From NCBI GenBank assembly GCA_050084985.1, contig JBITNC010000001.1, positions 186,930,001 to 186,994,000 of the forward strand: a stretch of DNA of 64,000 bases. The letters are read 5' to 3'. The position numbers were made by a program, and so were the translations under genes. The notes beneath the pieces are model-generated. The model worked only from the letters and a program-made list of their open reading frames with translations. It searched no databases and was not told the DNA's origin. Of the stretch, positions 14,215 through 27,759 are shown piece after piece. Position 1 is the stretch's first letter, and the number at the start of each line of letters is the position of its first letter. Source of the stretch: Nageia nagi (Eukaryota > Plantae > Pinophyta).

Positions 14215-16522
14215 AAGTTCATGAATACAGCTGGTGCATTAGCTAATATGAATGGAAGCACTACAAAGTCATAGTCTCTGTATTTGGTCTTAAAAGTTAT
14301 TTTGTATGTGTCTAAACTTTTGATTCTTAATTCATGATAGTAAAATATTAAATTAATCTTTGAAAATATGAATACATCCTTAATTTGATCAAAAAAATCA
14401 TCAATTCGAGGTAAAGGATACCTATTTTTTTCATGACTTTGTTCAACATTCAATAGTCTATTCATTACCTCATAGAACCATCTTTCTTCTTGATAAAAAG
14501 AATAAGATCTCTACAAGGTTACACACTTGAATTAATTAATCCTTTTTCCAATAAATTCAAAAATTATACTTTTAAATCTTTCATCTTGATTGTAGTCATC
14601 CTATACAAAGTCTTTGAGATAAGTTCTACACCAGGAATTAAGTCAATTGAGAGATCAAATTCTCATTTTGGTGGTAATCCTAGAAAATCGTTAGGAAAAA
14701 CATCCCTAAATTTTTGTAAAATAGGGTATATTTTAAATATTTTCTCTTATAAGTTATATTTTTCTACCTCTTTCACTTTCACTACATATATCACCCCACC
14801 TCTTCGTATTGTTCACTTTAACTACATAACAAAAAGAAGATATGTTTAACATTACTTTGATCATAATAAATCCTTTACCTTTGTAGATTGATATCATAAA
14901 ACTCAATCCATATTTCATGATACTCAATTAATTCATTGTTAGCTTTAATCCAATCCATTCCAAGGATTTTATCATAGAAATTTATGGGTACTACATAGAA
15001 ATCACATTCTATAACTCCTTTAGGAGCTTAATTTCAACTTTCTTAAGATATTAATTTACAAAACTAGTTTGCCTAGAGCCATACTCAACTAACCACCCTT
15101 CTATAAAATATTATATTACCTTTGGCATATCTCAAATAAGTGAAGAAGATATGAATCTTTCTATTGCACCACTATCAATAACAATTTTAAACTTTCTATC
15201 AAACATAATACTAAAATTTGCATAGGAAGAGCTTGACCATTTAGTTTAGTATTTCTTGTTACTATAAAAATCATGTGTTTAGCCAAATTCTTATTTTTTG
15301 GACACTTGTTTGCAAAATGGTCAAGTTAATTACAAATCCAATAGTATCCTTTCTTAGACCCTTGATACTTATTTTAAAATTCATCTCTCATTTCTCTTGA
15401 AATGTTTTGTTCTATCGTTGACCCTGATTTCCATTTTTCTAAGGCTTCTTCTTTTTATTGCTGCCATTATTATTCTTATTTTTCTTTTTATAAGGTTGAT
15501 TTTAATTTTTATAATAATTATTTACTTTAAACCTTTTATTATTTTTTTGATGATGATATTTTTCCCACTTTAAGAATCCTTTATTGTTCATGTTTCTCAT
15601 TTCCTATTTCTCATCTTAATTCAAGATGCTATAATTCATGAATGATATTTTGGTTCCTAAGTAGCTTTCTACTTGATGAGAAAGATCATAAGCTTTTTAT
15701 AAATTTTAAGGCTTATGCATATTTACTATTATTTTTATTCTAGCATCTAACCCCAAAATGAATCTATGAACCTATAAATCATTTTTATCCTCTAGTACAC
15801 ATTTCAACAACTTAACAAATTTTTGATGATATTATTATACTAATAAGTTTCCTTGCTAGAGAGTGTAGAATTCATCATATTTTTCATAATAAAATTATTC
15901 TATCATATATTTTTTCTTAAAATTAACTATAAAATCCTCCCATTTAAGATTCACTCCTTGAATCTTTTATTGGGCTTTGTAGGGTTTCCACCGCTGCAAT
16001 GCAAGTCCTGTAAACTTTTCTATACCCTAAGCATTTTAAGATTTATAAGAGATATTTTTCATGAAAAAATAGGTTTTCATATCTTCTAACTAATCCTTAG
16101 TAGCCTCATCTCCTTACTTTCCATTAAATCTTATAATTGAAAGCTTTTTCAAATCTTTGGATAATTCTTGATCTACCTTAGATCCAACAAGATCAGCACT
16201 ATTATTACCAACTCTTTCCTTGTTGCTAAGAGGATTTTACACTCTAGTCATAAAATTTTCAATAATTTCTTGTTGCTTTGCCAATTTTTCCTACAATCTT
16301 AAAATAGTAGCATTATCAGTTCAATTTCTTGAAGTTTCCCCTTCTCTATTTCCTTGAGAAATATTTCCTTGGGATTATGCTTGGTTAGCATTCCTTTGAG
16401 AAGTATTTCTTAATGGTGCCATAACTACTATAAAGGATACACAAATTTTAACTTAGGTTTAGGAAAAGTTGAAACTAGGAAGCATTATACCTTATGACTC
16501 ATACTTTTGCTCTGATACCAAA

Positions 16523-17866
16523 TGAAATGTCCATCTAAATTCTACCTCAAAATAAGATATAATTTTTTTATAAAAGTAAACACCATTATACATGCATAAA
16601 ATCATTTTGGTATTCCATGTTTTAGTTTAATGTAGTTGCTATAGATAACCCTCAAATGGATGTAATTGATTAGTTTCCATTTTCACCCAAGTCATGTGAT
16701 AGTCTATTTTTATTAATGCATCTACCATGCACTTAATTCAACTAGATACCCATGATTCAAACATCTCCCATGATTATCTTACCTATATCAATTATGACCT
16801 TTGAGTTATTCTTAGGGCCTACACCTAATATTATATAAATAAACATGATTATTTTCTAATATTTAACCTTAATTTTCATGCATCATGCTTATGCAAATAA
16901 AACTATACAATTTAAATGCTAAGTATGGAATTCATTTACATAAACCAACCATGCTTATAAAATTGAAATAGAAAGAACCTAATCTTGAATTTGTATAGAA
17001 ATTCTAAAATGCAATATGAATCCTTGCTCCCAACTTTTTTTTTCTCTCCAAAAGACCAAGTAACCAAGCATATGACATGAAGAATGATAAATACGAATAG
17101 AAAATGGCTATGAATGGTTGCTAAACACCCTTGAGGTAGTTTTCTCCCAAAACTTCTTGGAATTTTCTCCACTAGAGAAAAACCCCAAAAAGCATAAAAA
17201 TGACCAAAAACCTATTTTCTTTTTCTTTGTCCCCTTTTGCACATTATTTTAAAAACAACTTATTTAATTAAATAATATTAATGAGCTATTAACTAATTAC
17301 CTTCAATTCATATGTTTAACTTTTTGCATAGCTTTTAAATCAAATACAAGCTAATTAACACTTTCTTTTCTTTCTTGCATTCAAAGTATGCTAAATAAAA
17401 AAAATATGCATTTACTTCTATATTCACTTATTTCATTTTCTATTTTAAATTTCTAGATATGAAGTTGAGAACTAGGCTAGTCCATCATCATTCTCACTCA
17501 ATAATGATCTTAAAATCCAAAACATAATCCTATAATAACTTCATTAGTAAAAAATAAATAAACATACATCACAAGAGAATACGCACATAAAAAGCTCATG
17601 CAATCTAATTGAAACAACTTCCCTTGTGGGTTGATGGTGTCTAATCATCTTCTTACAAATAGCAAAGTGGTTCACTTGTATGACTACATTTTCTTATATC
17701 ACATGAAACCACAATAGTATTAAACTTTTTTTGCATAATATCAAGATAAAAATATATAAATAACATATGATATCAACTATCCAAATGCAAGTATGCAATA
17801 ATCCCATACTTAAAACATAATAATTAAATCATGCAAAAATAAAAATAAAAAGAGAGTGTCATGATA
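16523..17866 (-). repeat. 5' LTR of the chromoviral element (1344 bp)
   Basis: Adjacent to the PBS. Matches 8431-10208 except for an about 440-bp gap. Confidence 0.9.
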
Positions 17867-17871
17867 AAAAC

Positions 17872-17956
17872 ATAACACAAATTCAGAATGTATGAATTAT
17901 TGGGTTGTAGAGCTGAAATAAAATATCTTTATTTATCATCAACCATGTAATAGGGG
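17872..17956 (+). pseudogene. Middle fragment of the Mutator-like/SWIM gene between two LTR insertions
   Basis: ECMNYWVVELK.NIFIYHQP fits the expected SxxxWV...VFxY segment that links the 5' and 3' parts. Confidence 0.55.
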
Positions 17957-20900
17957 TGTCATGACCCACCTCAAGATACTATTTGACCTTGAGTACCATC
18001 AAGGATTTGAATGAGTGATGTTTAAGTAATGTTATGGTAATAACAATTTTGATAAGGGAATATGTGTTATTTGTGATAATTTGATGTTGGCTTTAAGATG
18101 TTTTGACATAGGTCATAGGAGGGAGAAGCGATCCAAACACCCTATGGACCAAAGGTGAATCGGTGATAGGAACAAAAGGGTAAGAGGAGAAAATTATTGG
18201 TGTTGATTTGCTAACATACCCTATGACCATAGTTTCATGTAGAATAATTGTTGTGATTATCAATTTCTTAATGAAAATATGTTTGCAAAAGTGTATAGAT
18301 TAACCTTACTCTATAGGATGAGGTGACCATTGCAGGTAAAGGTGTGTTTTCTCTTATTTAATATTTTTGAAATTTGAATTTTAAAGAGGGACAAAGGTGA
18401 TATACCTTAGTTAAATTGAAAATTTTATAAAAGGTTAGAAACATAAATTTAATGGGATAAAAGTTTAATATGAGAGCCCATATTATTGCCACATGGGGCT
18501 AATAGTAAAAAAACACTATTAGAAAGAGACTAAGGTCTCCTTGTGTATTACAAGATATTTAATAGCTAGAAAAATAATAGAATAGTGAATCTACTTAGTT
18601 TTATTTTCTTATGTTAGGTATAGATAAGAGTTGACACTAAATTGTCAATTAATGAAAAAGATTCTAAAGTGTTAAATGTCATTACAATCATTTACAACTT
18701 TTGACAAACCTATCCCAAAAATTATTAAAGGTATGAGGAGACATCCAATTGGACACACTTGAACCCCTTTAGCTATAAATAAAGGAATAGAGCTTTAGAA
18801 AAATACCTACCTTCCTATCTATCGATCTATCTCTTGTTATTTCATTTTTAGTTATTCTCAAGCTTGGATTACGTGAAGAAAAGAAGTCTCCCTTCCCTCT
18901 CCAAATCAAGGTGCATTCTTTTGCATTTTTATAATATGTGTAGTTAAATTAGTCTTCCTTTTTTTTTCTTTCAAATATGTATGGTAGAATTCTCTGATAA
19001 AAGGTTATGAAATAATTGATGATAATGGCCTTGCTCCATTTGAAATGACATGCTACCTAGTATATTTACTATATTTGTTTGATGGTTGGTACTTTATGTT
19101 GCCTATGAAAAGGGCATAGTTTTTATTTATATTTCATTAAGGAAAGTTTCAATACAAAATTTATTGAATTATCACTCTTTTATATAGTGGATTTGATAAT
19201 GTCCTTGTCGTATATGCTCATGAATTTTCTTTATAAACAGTTTGAGTTTGCCTCTTAGCTCTTTTTCCATGCTTCTCGATAGGCCTATGCATTCATTTAA
19301 AGACTCCATATGCTAGCTTGCACTTAAAATATGAGGGGAAAAGTTTCTAGATCTGATTGTTATTATTTTAGATCTTGCATCCTTTCCATTTCATGTTAAC
19401 ATCATTGCGTATTTTTCTTTTGGTCAATATTCTTAGTACCATAGAGGAACCTTCTTCTTCAAATTCTAAGAAAAAACCAATTTCAACTATTTTTGATATT
19501 TTTATATACTTACATCATGATCATGAAGGAAGAATGTTGGTAAAGATCCAATGCCTAACATTTTACATAGGTACTCTTTTGAAATCTCCATCCTTTGTGT
19601 ATTTTTTCATGCAATTCTCAAACAATTCCTTGGTTTTGTGTATTTCTATGCATTTCACCTCCTTATATATTTGGATATATTCTTCTAGAGACTTCATGAA
19701 TGTGTATGTTGAAAAGAATGCAATGTTGGTTGCACCTATTTATAGTTTTTACCTACACTCACATCCATAGAACTCTATCTATGTCTGCACCATTGAACAA
19801 TCTCCATGCTTTGCCTCCTTTACTTTGTATGTATGTATATATATATATGGAATTCAAATTGCATCATTTACTTTCTATGAGATAAAACTCCTTTATCTTT
19901 TCCAAGAGTTTACACCAGAGTTAACATTGTTAAAATTTGCAGAGATTGATTCTGAATCGCCCATGGCTCTAAAGCAACTAAATCTCATTTGGGCCTTTAA
20001 TAAAATGTAATTTGATGTTATTTAAAAATTCATTTTGGGAATTTTCTATCATATTGGCTTTTTGAATTTGATATTTGTACCTATCAAAGAAAGCATAGTA
20101 TATTTTTGAGTGAAACTCTATTCTTTTGCAACTATGGCACATGCGAGCATTATGAGTCAAGATTAGTATATGTAGAGAAAATATACATGTACCTTTCCAT
20201 TAAGAGAATGCCATTATATAGATTCATACCATGAATTTGAGACAAACTTTCATTTAATAATAAGATTATTGAGTAATTAAGTATAGAGAATTTTGCATAT
20301 AGTGATTGTACCCTCATTATTATTTATTTGAAATAAACTTATGGAATGAATTCTAATTATTAAGAAAACCATAATTACTAATATAAAAAAATGAGTTATA
20401 AAATAAAAAGGGATAGTTAAATGTTTTGATATTTATAAGAATGATAATTTGTATTTACATGTGAAGTATAAGTTGATTCATGACCAAGCAAGAGATGTAG
20501 TCCAAATAGGATCTAAAATCATCCTGAGGTCTTAAGTGAGTGAATTCATTGTATTAAGGTCATAAAATATAAAGGGTTTTCTGAATCCTTCTCCTTCCTA
20601 GTACTCAATCTACCCACCAAGTTCCTAGAGAATGTTCGATGGTCGTTGTTAGAAAAATGATGGAGATGCTCGATGCTCATTGCTTGAAGATCATTAAGTG
20701 TGTCCTACAACAAGGCAAAGAATGATTTACTAAATTACATGTCATACTATATTTGTATTACAAGATGATGATGATAAGCTACAAAATTATTGTATTAGCC
20801 TTATAATGTAATAATGTTCTTGTAATAAGTTTATGGAAGTTATGTCATTACCCTAGATGTTGATAAATGAATTTATGAGATGCATTCAAACTTCTTGTAA

Positions 20901-22381
20901 TTGGTAATCAACTTAGAAATGTTTAATTAGGAATATATTGTATTTATTTCATATATTGAATGATGAACAAAAATTAGGTGATCTTACTTTCCCTTTTATG
21001 CACATCTTTATGATTGTTAAATGATATGGATAATGTTTGATGAATAGGAGTAGGGATTAACACTTTTTTTTCATGATAAGTAGTGGTATTAACAAATCAA
21101 TGTATATAAACTCTTAAAATAAGTAGATGGATGAGGTTATTAATCTTGACATATCCAAAATTATCCCAACAACATAAAATCAAACCTAAATTTGAACTAA
21201 GGGTCCAAATGACAATTTGTGTTCATTTGGGATATTTTAGGACTCTTGGATCAAATTGGATACAAATGGGATCATTTGGGATCTATATGGATGAATGAAA
21301 TAATGTAAAGAAAAATAGTAGAGAACCTTCACCAAATAAACCTATCTTGATACATGATAAATAAAAGAAATATTCTTTTATGTGAGTACCACCTAGTGCC
21401 ACATTACTTTTGTAGCAATAGTGGCTAGACCTTTCCTCGCAACTTGCTACTTTATGTATGCAAGAGAAATTTTAAAATGTATATTTGTATACATGATACA
21501 ATGTGTATGGGATAAATAAGAATCATGTAACTTCTTGAGTAAACCTATAAAAGAAACTTTCAAGGTACACCTTATAGACAAAGATGAATGGTGTTAAACC
21601 CTAGAACTTGTCTTATACCCTCTTCATTATTTGGAAACATTATTTTATGGTTAGTAGGTCATGGGTGGTTCTTTTTGTCAACATATTTAAAAATAAATTA
21701 GACTAAACAACCACTTTAGGATATTATTTAATATGCATGGATCCTCAAGTTATGGGCATGGGGATGTTGAACCAAATGGTGGGACTAGTCGATAGTTATG
21801 GGTAGGTTAGTGTTCATATCCTTCGACTGGTGAGTCAGGTAGGCATAGCAATAAAAAAAACTACTATTATCAGGTGAGGGTAACTAGCAGTCATACCACT
21901 TGCAATTAGCAGAAAGAGGTATGATAATTTTTCTATAGGTGATGCTACCCACTCATAAGGAAGATTTCCTAGGATAAGTTAACTACTCCTATGAGATGAA
22001 GAGTTATCATCAGGTGATGATGCTAACTTAGTGAAACTATGATCTCTCAGGTGTTATGGGAACCAAGTAGAAAAACACTACATCGTGACTAGAAATCCTA
22101 TTGCACACAAGACATGGAATAAGAATGGTGAGGTTACTTTTGAGGTATCTTTTCAATAGGGTGAATGTTAAAAAGTGAATACTAGAAAATTTTATCAAAG
22201 TTGGTTACCCTAGGTTCTTGGCCAATCTTGCCATGTGAGTGTTGAACTAGCTAGCAACATTATTAAGCTCATGTGGGATTGTTTGGATCATTCCTATAAT
22301 TTTGAGTGCTAAATTAAATCAAAAAAAATTAGGTCTAAAAAATTAAGGTTGTAGTTGGTGAAAATAAGTTGATACGTTACA
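17957..22381 (+). mobile_element. Probable long solo LTR (about 4.4 kb)
   Basis: Starts TGTCATGACCC and ends CGTTACA. TATA-like GCTATAAATA at about 18772 is followed by a CT-rich tract. No PBS, PPT or pol. Transposase coding sequence resumes on both sides. Weak TSD AGGGG/AGGTA. Confidence 0.55.
19400..20170 (-). pseudogene. Highly degenerate PPR-derived fragments inside the solo LTR
   Basis: Minus-strand pieces AWRLFNG.DIDRVLW, IHKTKELFE, FTNILPS and KIVEIGF resemble PLS-PPR consensus segments. Many stops. Confidence 0.4.
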
Positions 22382-24150
22382 AGGTATAAGAGTTTTTTTG
22401 AGGATTATCAAAGTCCCTAGATTTTGGAGAAGATGTTGTCATATGGACACACTAGCATGATTACAATGGACTCAACATTTAGTACTAACAAGTATGGGGT
22501 AAGTAAATTGTTTTATTTTTCTTTTAAAAGTATAATTAAATATTTGTTAGCATTTTTAAATAGGCTTCATTATCAATTTTAGTACCCATTATGCATATTT
22601 CTTATCTTTTATGAGCAAGATAGTGATGTGCCAATATCATGGTTCATTGTGCAATGTAATCAAAAATAGGATGTTCAAGAATGGCTATAGTTATTACATG
22701 ATAGATGCAAAGAATGTTAACTAGATTGGAAGGTGGAATCCTTCAAGACAAATGATTGTATAGCTAATATAGAAGCGATACAATAGGTGATTTTCATTGT
22801 TATCCTATACCTTAAACTAAAAAATTTAAAAACTCCTATGAAAATTTATGATGATATGTTTGCATGTTGAGTGCTTATTTACAAGATAGCTCTTCTATGT
22901 CTTATGGTTCTTCTATTTCCCAACTCTTCTAGGATTGTGTAATCTGATACATCCTCCAAGTATTCATGAAAAAATCTATTGGCATGTACATAAAATGTGG
23001 TAGAAAAATATCATCAAGCTTGTATCTAACAAATATGTATGTATAAGGATGTGTTTCAAGTTGGGACACATTATGCATACCATAGATAATACAAGCATGA
23101 TTAGCAATCTTATTTATGGTTTCATTAATGAATTTATGGATGAGAAGAGGTTCATACAGTACTTCATTAGCAATTGAGTGGACAAATATAAGTTTGGTAA
23201 GCTCTAATCCATAGTATGCTTAAGTTACTTTAGACTATATTTATACCATGAACTCTATTACTAAAGCTTAATTGTAATTTTTCACATGTGGGAAAAAATA
23301 TTTTGAGATTTTGATCATGCCAATCAAGAAACTAATAATACCATTGAGGCTTACCATTATCAATTAAAGCTTAGATTTCTAAACAATGTGACTAAGAAGG
23401 GTTCAATAAGGTTGGATACTATGATTCATATACTTCACCATAGAGTGGAGCAATTCTACATGCATAAAGATAAGTTAAAGACACACTTTTTTTAGAATAA
23501 CCATAAGAGATAAAAAGAATACTAAAATTGCATGGGAGAGATCTCTTCGTATTTTGGATTCCCATTATTCTCCCCATAAAGCTATACAAAATGCATGGTT
23601 GTTATAGAGTTAGATATATCATTCCACCAAATACCTTGTAGCCAATTATGGTGAATATTGTTTTACGTGTGAATGTATGTGGGTCGTACGAGGTAATGTT
23701 TGCAAGCATGTATGAAGATTAAAATATTACTTTGATCTAGATGGCCTAGATGTGTTACATTTGATTTGAATTCAAATCCTCTTGATAAAAATACCTCTAA
23801 TTTTAATGAAAAACTTTATGTTTCAATAAATAGAAATTTCTCCATAAATACAAATTTCTCCGTAAACACAAATTTCTCCACAAATTGAAATTTCTCCAAA
23901 TAGAAATATGAATGAATTGCCTATTATAGGAAATAACTAAATAAATTTTTCTTCATAAATGAGAGTTATACTTGATTTATATATTGATGTTATAAAGAGA
24001 ATTCAATATCAAAATAGAGCTCAAAGAGTCATATCTTTGGTTAGAGAATTTGAAAGCTTAGATGGCCTTCATTTTGTACCTAATTTTGATAAATATCTAA
24101 AAAGGAAAAAGAGTTGGATTTCTCCAATGTATAAGAGAAAATAAGAGTAA
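22382..24150 (+). pseudogene. Mutator-like DDE/SWIM transposase-related gene, 3' part
   Basis: KMLSYGHTSMITMDSTFSTNKYG|gtaag; VPISWFIV..DWKVESFKTND; YWHVHKMW.KNII; FINEFMDEKRFIQYF; ANQETNNTIEAYHYQLKLRF at about 23320; SWIM finger FTCECMWVVRGNVCKHV at about 23660-23712. Confidence 0.8.
23829..23908 (+). repeat. 18-bp tandem repeat, about 4.5 copies
   Basis: AAATTTCTCC recurs with period 18. Confidence 0.8.
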
Positions 24151-25382
24151 TAAGAAATAGATAATTGGTTGATCTTAATACTCATGGGAGTGAGTATGAG
24201 AGCTATGACCTTTTTGTATTGAAAAAATATGAATGTACACCTTCCAATCAAGTTATTTTTCTTTATAAGTTGAAAATGGTAAGATATGAATCATAAAATA
24301 TTTCTATTTAGATTTATCATATTGTTCTTGTATTGATATTCATATTTAGTTTTAGTTGTTGTAGATGATTTTGAAACATCATCATCATTTAGAGGGGATT
24401 CATCTAATGCACCATCCTTGAGAGAAATTTAGAATGCAATATTGATGTTTCATAATGAAAATCAATATAATATTATCTTTAGTTTTAATCCAAGTTAAAT
24501 ACATCTAAAAATACTAATAAGTTTGTATTCATTTGCACAAGTGTTTTTTTACTATTTGCATAGATCTTTCAATTGTGATAGTGCACTACTTTTTAGAACA
24601 AATACCTCACTTAGATACACCTTGTTAGTGTATTTTTTAAGATAAGTATGATATTGTTCTTATTTTTCTAGTGCATATTTTAAGTATATCTATTATAATG
24701 CAATATCATTATCATTAACATCTATTTAAAACTTCTACTTGAAGTCTACTGTAAAGTGGCTACTTTTGAGTGTTTTGTTTTCACTCTTTTAGGTTGGATT
24801 GCAGCTTAGAAGTGGTCAGTATGTTATATTCCATATTTAAGTTGCTTATTACATGAACACTACCATTTATCATTTCTACTACACTACATGAAAAGAGTGT
24901 GGTCAGATTGGTATGATCATGATATATTCTTTGTTATATTATGAGTTAATGATTGATATTAGTTGTAGTTACTGAATCATTGGTATTTCTACTAATGTTT
25001 GAAGTGATGTATCTGATATATCTTACTAAAAGCTAGGATAAACCAATTTTTATTTAATTATTATTTCAAAATAATAAAAAATAGTATGGTTATATAATGT
25101 TATAATATCTTTGTTATATTCTTGTGTAAGCATTATCATCCTTTCAACAAGAAATACCTTAAAAATTATGAAATATATTTGAATGATGAATGAAAGTTCC
25201 TATGGTTATGATATGGTTGTATAATGAATCTTTGCAAAATGAAACTTTATGAGAATATTTCCATGATGAATGATTGGTGAAAATAAAAATAAAAGTGTGT
25301 TTATATAATATTATAGTATCTTGGTTACAAATAAACAACAATAATGTTGTTGTGATGAATGATTGTTGAAAAGTAATCGATT

Positions 25383-26095
25383 TCAAATTTATTTATGCTT
25401 AGATTTTAGTTCTTTAATGATTTTAGATGGGTAATACGCATCTCATTTAACCCATATATCATAAATGCACTTAGATTAACCATGTTCAATTGTACAATGT
25501 AAAAAATATAGAATGGTCAATATAAATTTAATTTAATATCTAAGTTTTTTGGGCTATACCTAGCTCTTTTAACCCCATTTTTTGATGTTCTATTATACAA
25601 TGTAAAAAAATATAGAATAATGAATGTAAATTGAATCTATCAATTTCAAATTGATTTATGCTTAGATTTTAATTCTTTAATGATTTTAAATGGGTTATAT
25701 GTAGCTCATTTAACCCATATATCATAAATGTACTTTGATTAACCATGTTCAATTATACAATATAAAAAATATAGAATAATGAATGTAAATTTAATTTGAT
25801 TTCCAAGTTTTTTTGGTTATACCCAGCTCATTTAACCCCATTTTTTATGTTTGGTTATATAATGTAAAAAATATAGAATAATGAACATAAATTGAATGTA
25901 TCAATTTCAAATATCCTTTGATTATTTTATATGGGTTATAAGTAGCTCATTTAACCTATATATCATAAATGGACTTCTATTAACCATGTTTTGTTATACA
26001 ATGTAAAAAATATAGAATAATGAACATAAGTTTAATTTAATTTCTAAGTTTTTTGGGTTATACCTAGCTCATTTAACCCCATTATCGATGTTGAC
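25383..26095. repeat. About 263-bp tandem repeat x about 2.7, made of two subunits each containing GGGTTA-N13-TAACCC
   Basis: Repeated blocks CTCATTTAACCC and ATACAATGTAAAAAATATAGAATAATGAA. Confidence 0.85.
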
Positions 26096-26203
26096 TTAAC
26101 CCTTTATAAATGATAGTCAAAGAACAACTCATAAATGTAATTAGACTATCTAAGCTTTTTAGGTTATATGTAGTTCGATTATAATTGTTGGTGTTACAAA
26201 AAC

Positions 26204-26292
26204 TTTTGTATTTCTTGTTGTGAGAAAGTTTTGAGCAAAATGTAAGAAATGCAAATTTTGTTCAAAACTTTCTTACAATAAGAAATGTAAAT
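26204..26292. repeat. Imperfect inverted repeat (about 37-bp arms)
   Basis: TTTGTATTTCTTGTTGTGAGAAAGTTTTGAGCAAAAT pairs with ATTTTGTTCAAAACTTTCTTACAATAAGAAATGTAAA. Confidence 0.75.
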
Positions 26293-27759
26293 TTTGCTCA
26301 AAACTTCACTTACTCACCAAAACAAATATTAATAGACATACAAATATCATTCTAAAAGCTAATGCTAAGACCTCTATTTCTCTATTTTATGAAAGATCCC
26401 AAAATAATTAATAGCTATGATGCCAAATCTAATATACAAATATGATGTTAAAAACTATAATCCCAAATCTAATAAACAATGGTAATGTATAGTAGATGCT
26501 AACAAAATTATGTTAGTAATTATAGATAATGATAACATCTTCATTTCCAAATTACAAGCTTTTTTTCCTCATGTGTGGTAGTAGTTTTACTAAAAATTCA
26601 TAATAATCAAGGCATGAATCCCAAATATCAATAAACATAGGTGTAGTAATCATAAGAAAAATATTTTAGGTTACTAAAATATTTACATATACATACATAT
26701 AGTGAATTATACTATAAATGTCTATTCTTCTTGGTCCTTACAAGACTATTTTGATCATTTAACCTTTTCTTCTCATTCTTTTCTTATCAACCTATAGGGA
26801 GTTTTATGAGTGTGTCTTATTATGTTGGATGGGTTATGTGTACATTCAATATTTTCTTCACTATTCAATTCCATCATATGATATCAAGCTGAATGAAAAT
26901 TGCAACTATTCAATCATATATGTAGGTAGACTCTAACCTTAGGCCATATTATTTTACACTTCCTCCAATCATTCTTGTGTCAAAAAAATTGTGAAGTACT
27001 CTTTACATACTTCCTTACCTCTGCATTTTAGTTTTCCATTCTCATACAATTTTATTTTTATGTGAAATTTCACTATAAAACCTTTTATATTATCATCCTA
27101 CAAATGATACCCATCAATATCAATCACATAGTATACATCCTCTTCCACCAATAGAATAAAAAAAAATGAGCATCCCAAGTAACTACATAAACATTTTTTT
27201 GATCATTTTTTATGAACTCTTCCCACATAGTATCAAATGAGTGAAGGGAATTTAGATATGGATATACTTCATTGATGATTTTTTATCTGAATAATATAAT
27301 ATATTCAACTCCCATTAATAGAGGTAAAACTTTTCTTTGCAAAAAATCATACATCTCATGCTTCCCATCAAGGTATTTTTCTTTATATTATTCTTCTCTA
27401 CACATATCTCTCCACTTTGCACTTTCATATATTATAATTTTAGCAAGTGCTATATTTGGTGGCAACCTTCCTAGGTTTATATATAAACAATAAATAATGT
27501 TTAAAACCATAGCACTACAAGCATTTCTGCCATTAACACCTTCACTATGTTGGCCTTTATTTACCTCAAAATAATCTTTGTAGAGTTTTGTGCTTTTATT
27601 CTTGGCCATAAACTATTTGTGGTAAAATATACCAAATTGGGTAACATTGGGTAATTGATACATCACCTATTATTTGTTATTTTATGGAGGATGTGGGGTT
27701 TTATCATGTATCCTAATATCATTTGCATTTGAATTAGTTTAAACAAACTCATGAAATTT

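Larger units (their letters stand above)
8431..17866 (-). mobile_element. Full-length degenerate chromoviral (Tekay/Del-like) Ty3/gypsy LTR retrotransposon
   Basis: LTRs 16523-17866 and 8431-10208. PBS TGGTATCAGAGC (iMet) at 16509-16520; PPT AGAGGGGAAGGA at 10209-10220; TSD AAAAT/AAAAC. Gag knuckle WICN.LDHFANKCP, protease IDSGA, RT YPLPRIDD and FLDDILIY, RNase H, integrase IDYLTKVAHF, and chromodomain-like RTKKLRNREIRDCQVHW at about 10350-10420. Confidence 0.92.

Noticed and set aside
19760-20160. Possible ubiquitin-specific protease His-box (YTYIQSK..AWRLFNG) on the minus strand
   Set aside because: Catalytic His/Asp are absent, there are many stops, and adjacent segments fit a PPR consensus better.
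25383-26095. GGGTTA/TAACCC as interstitial telomere repeats
   Set aside because: They are isolated hexamers in dyads, not tandem telomeric arrays.
26580-27660. Coding-like purine-rich minus strand, including ORF 27388-27609
   Set aside because: No recognisable domain.
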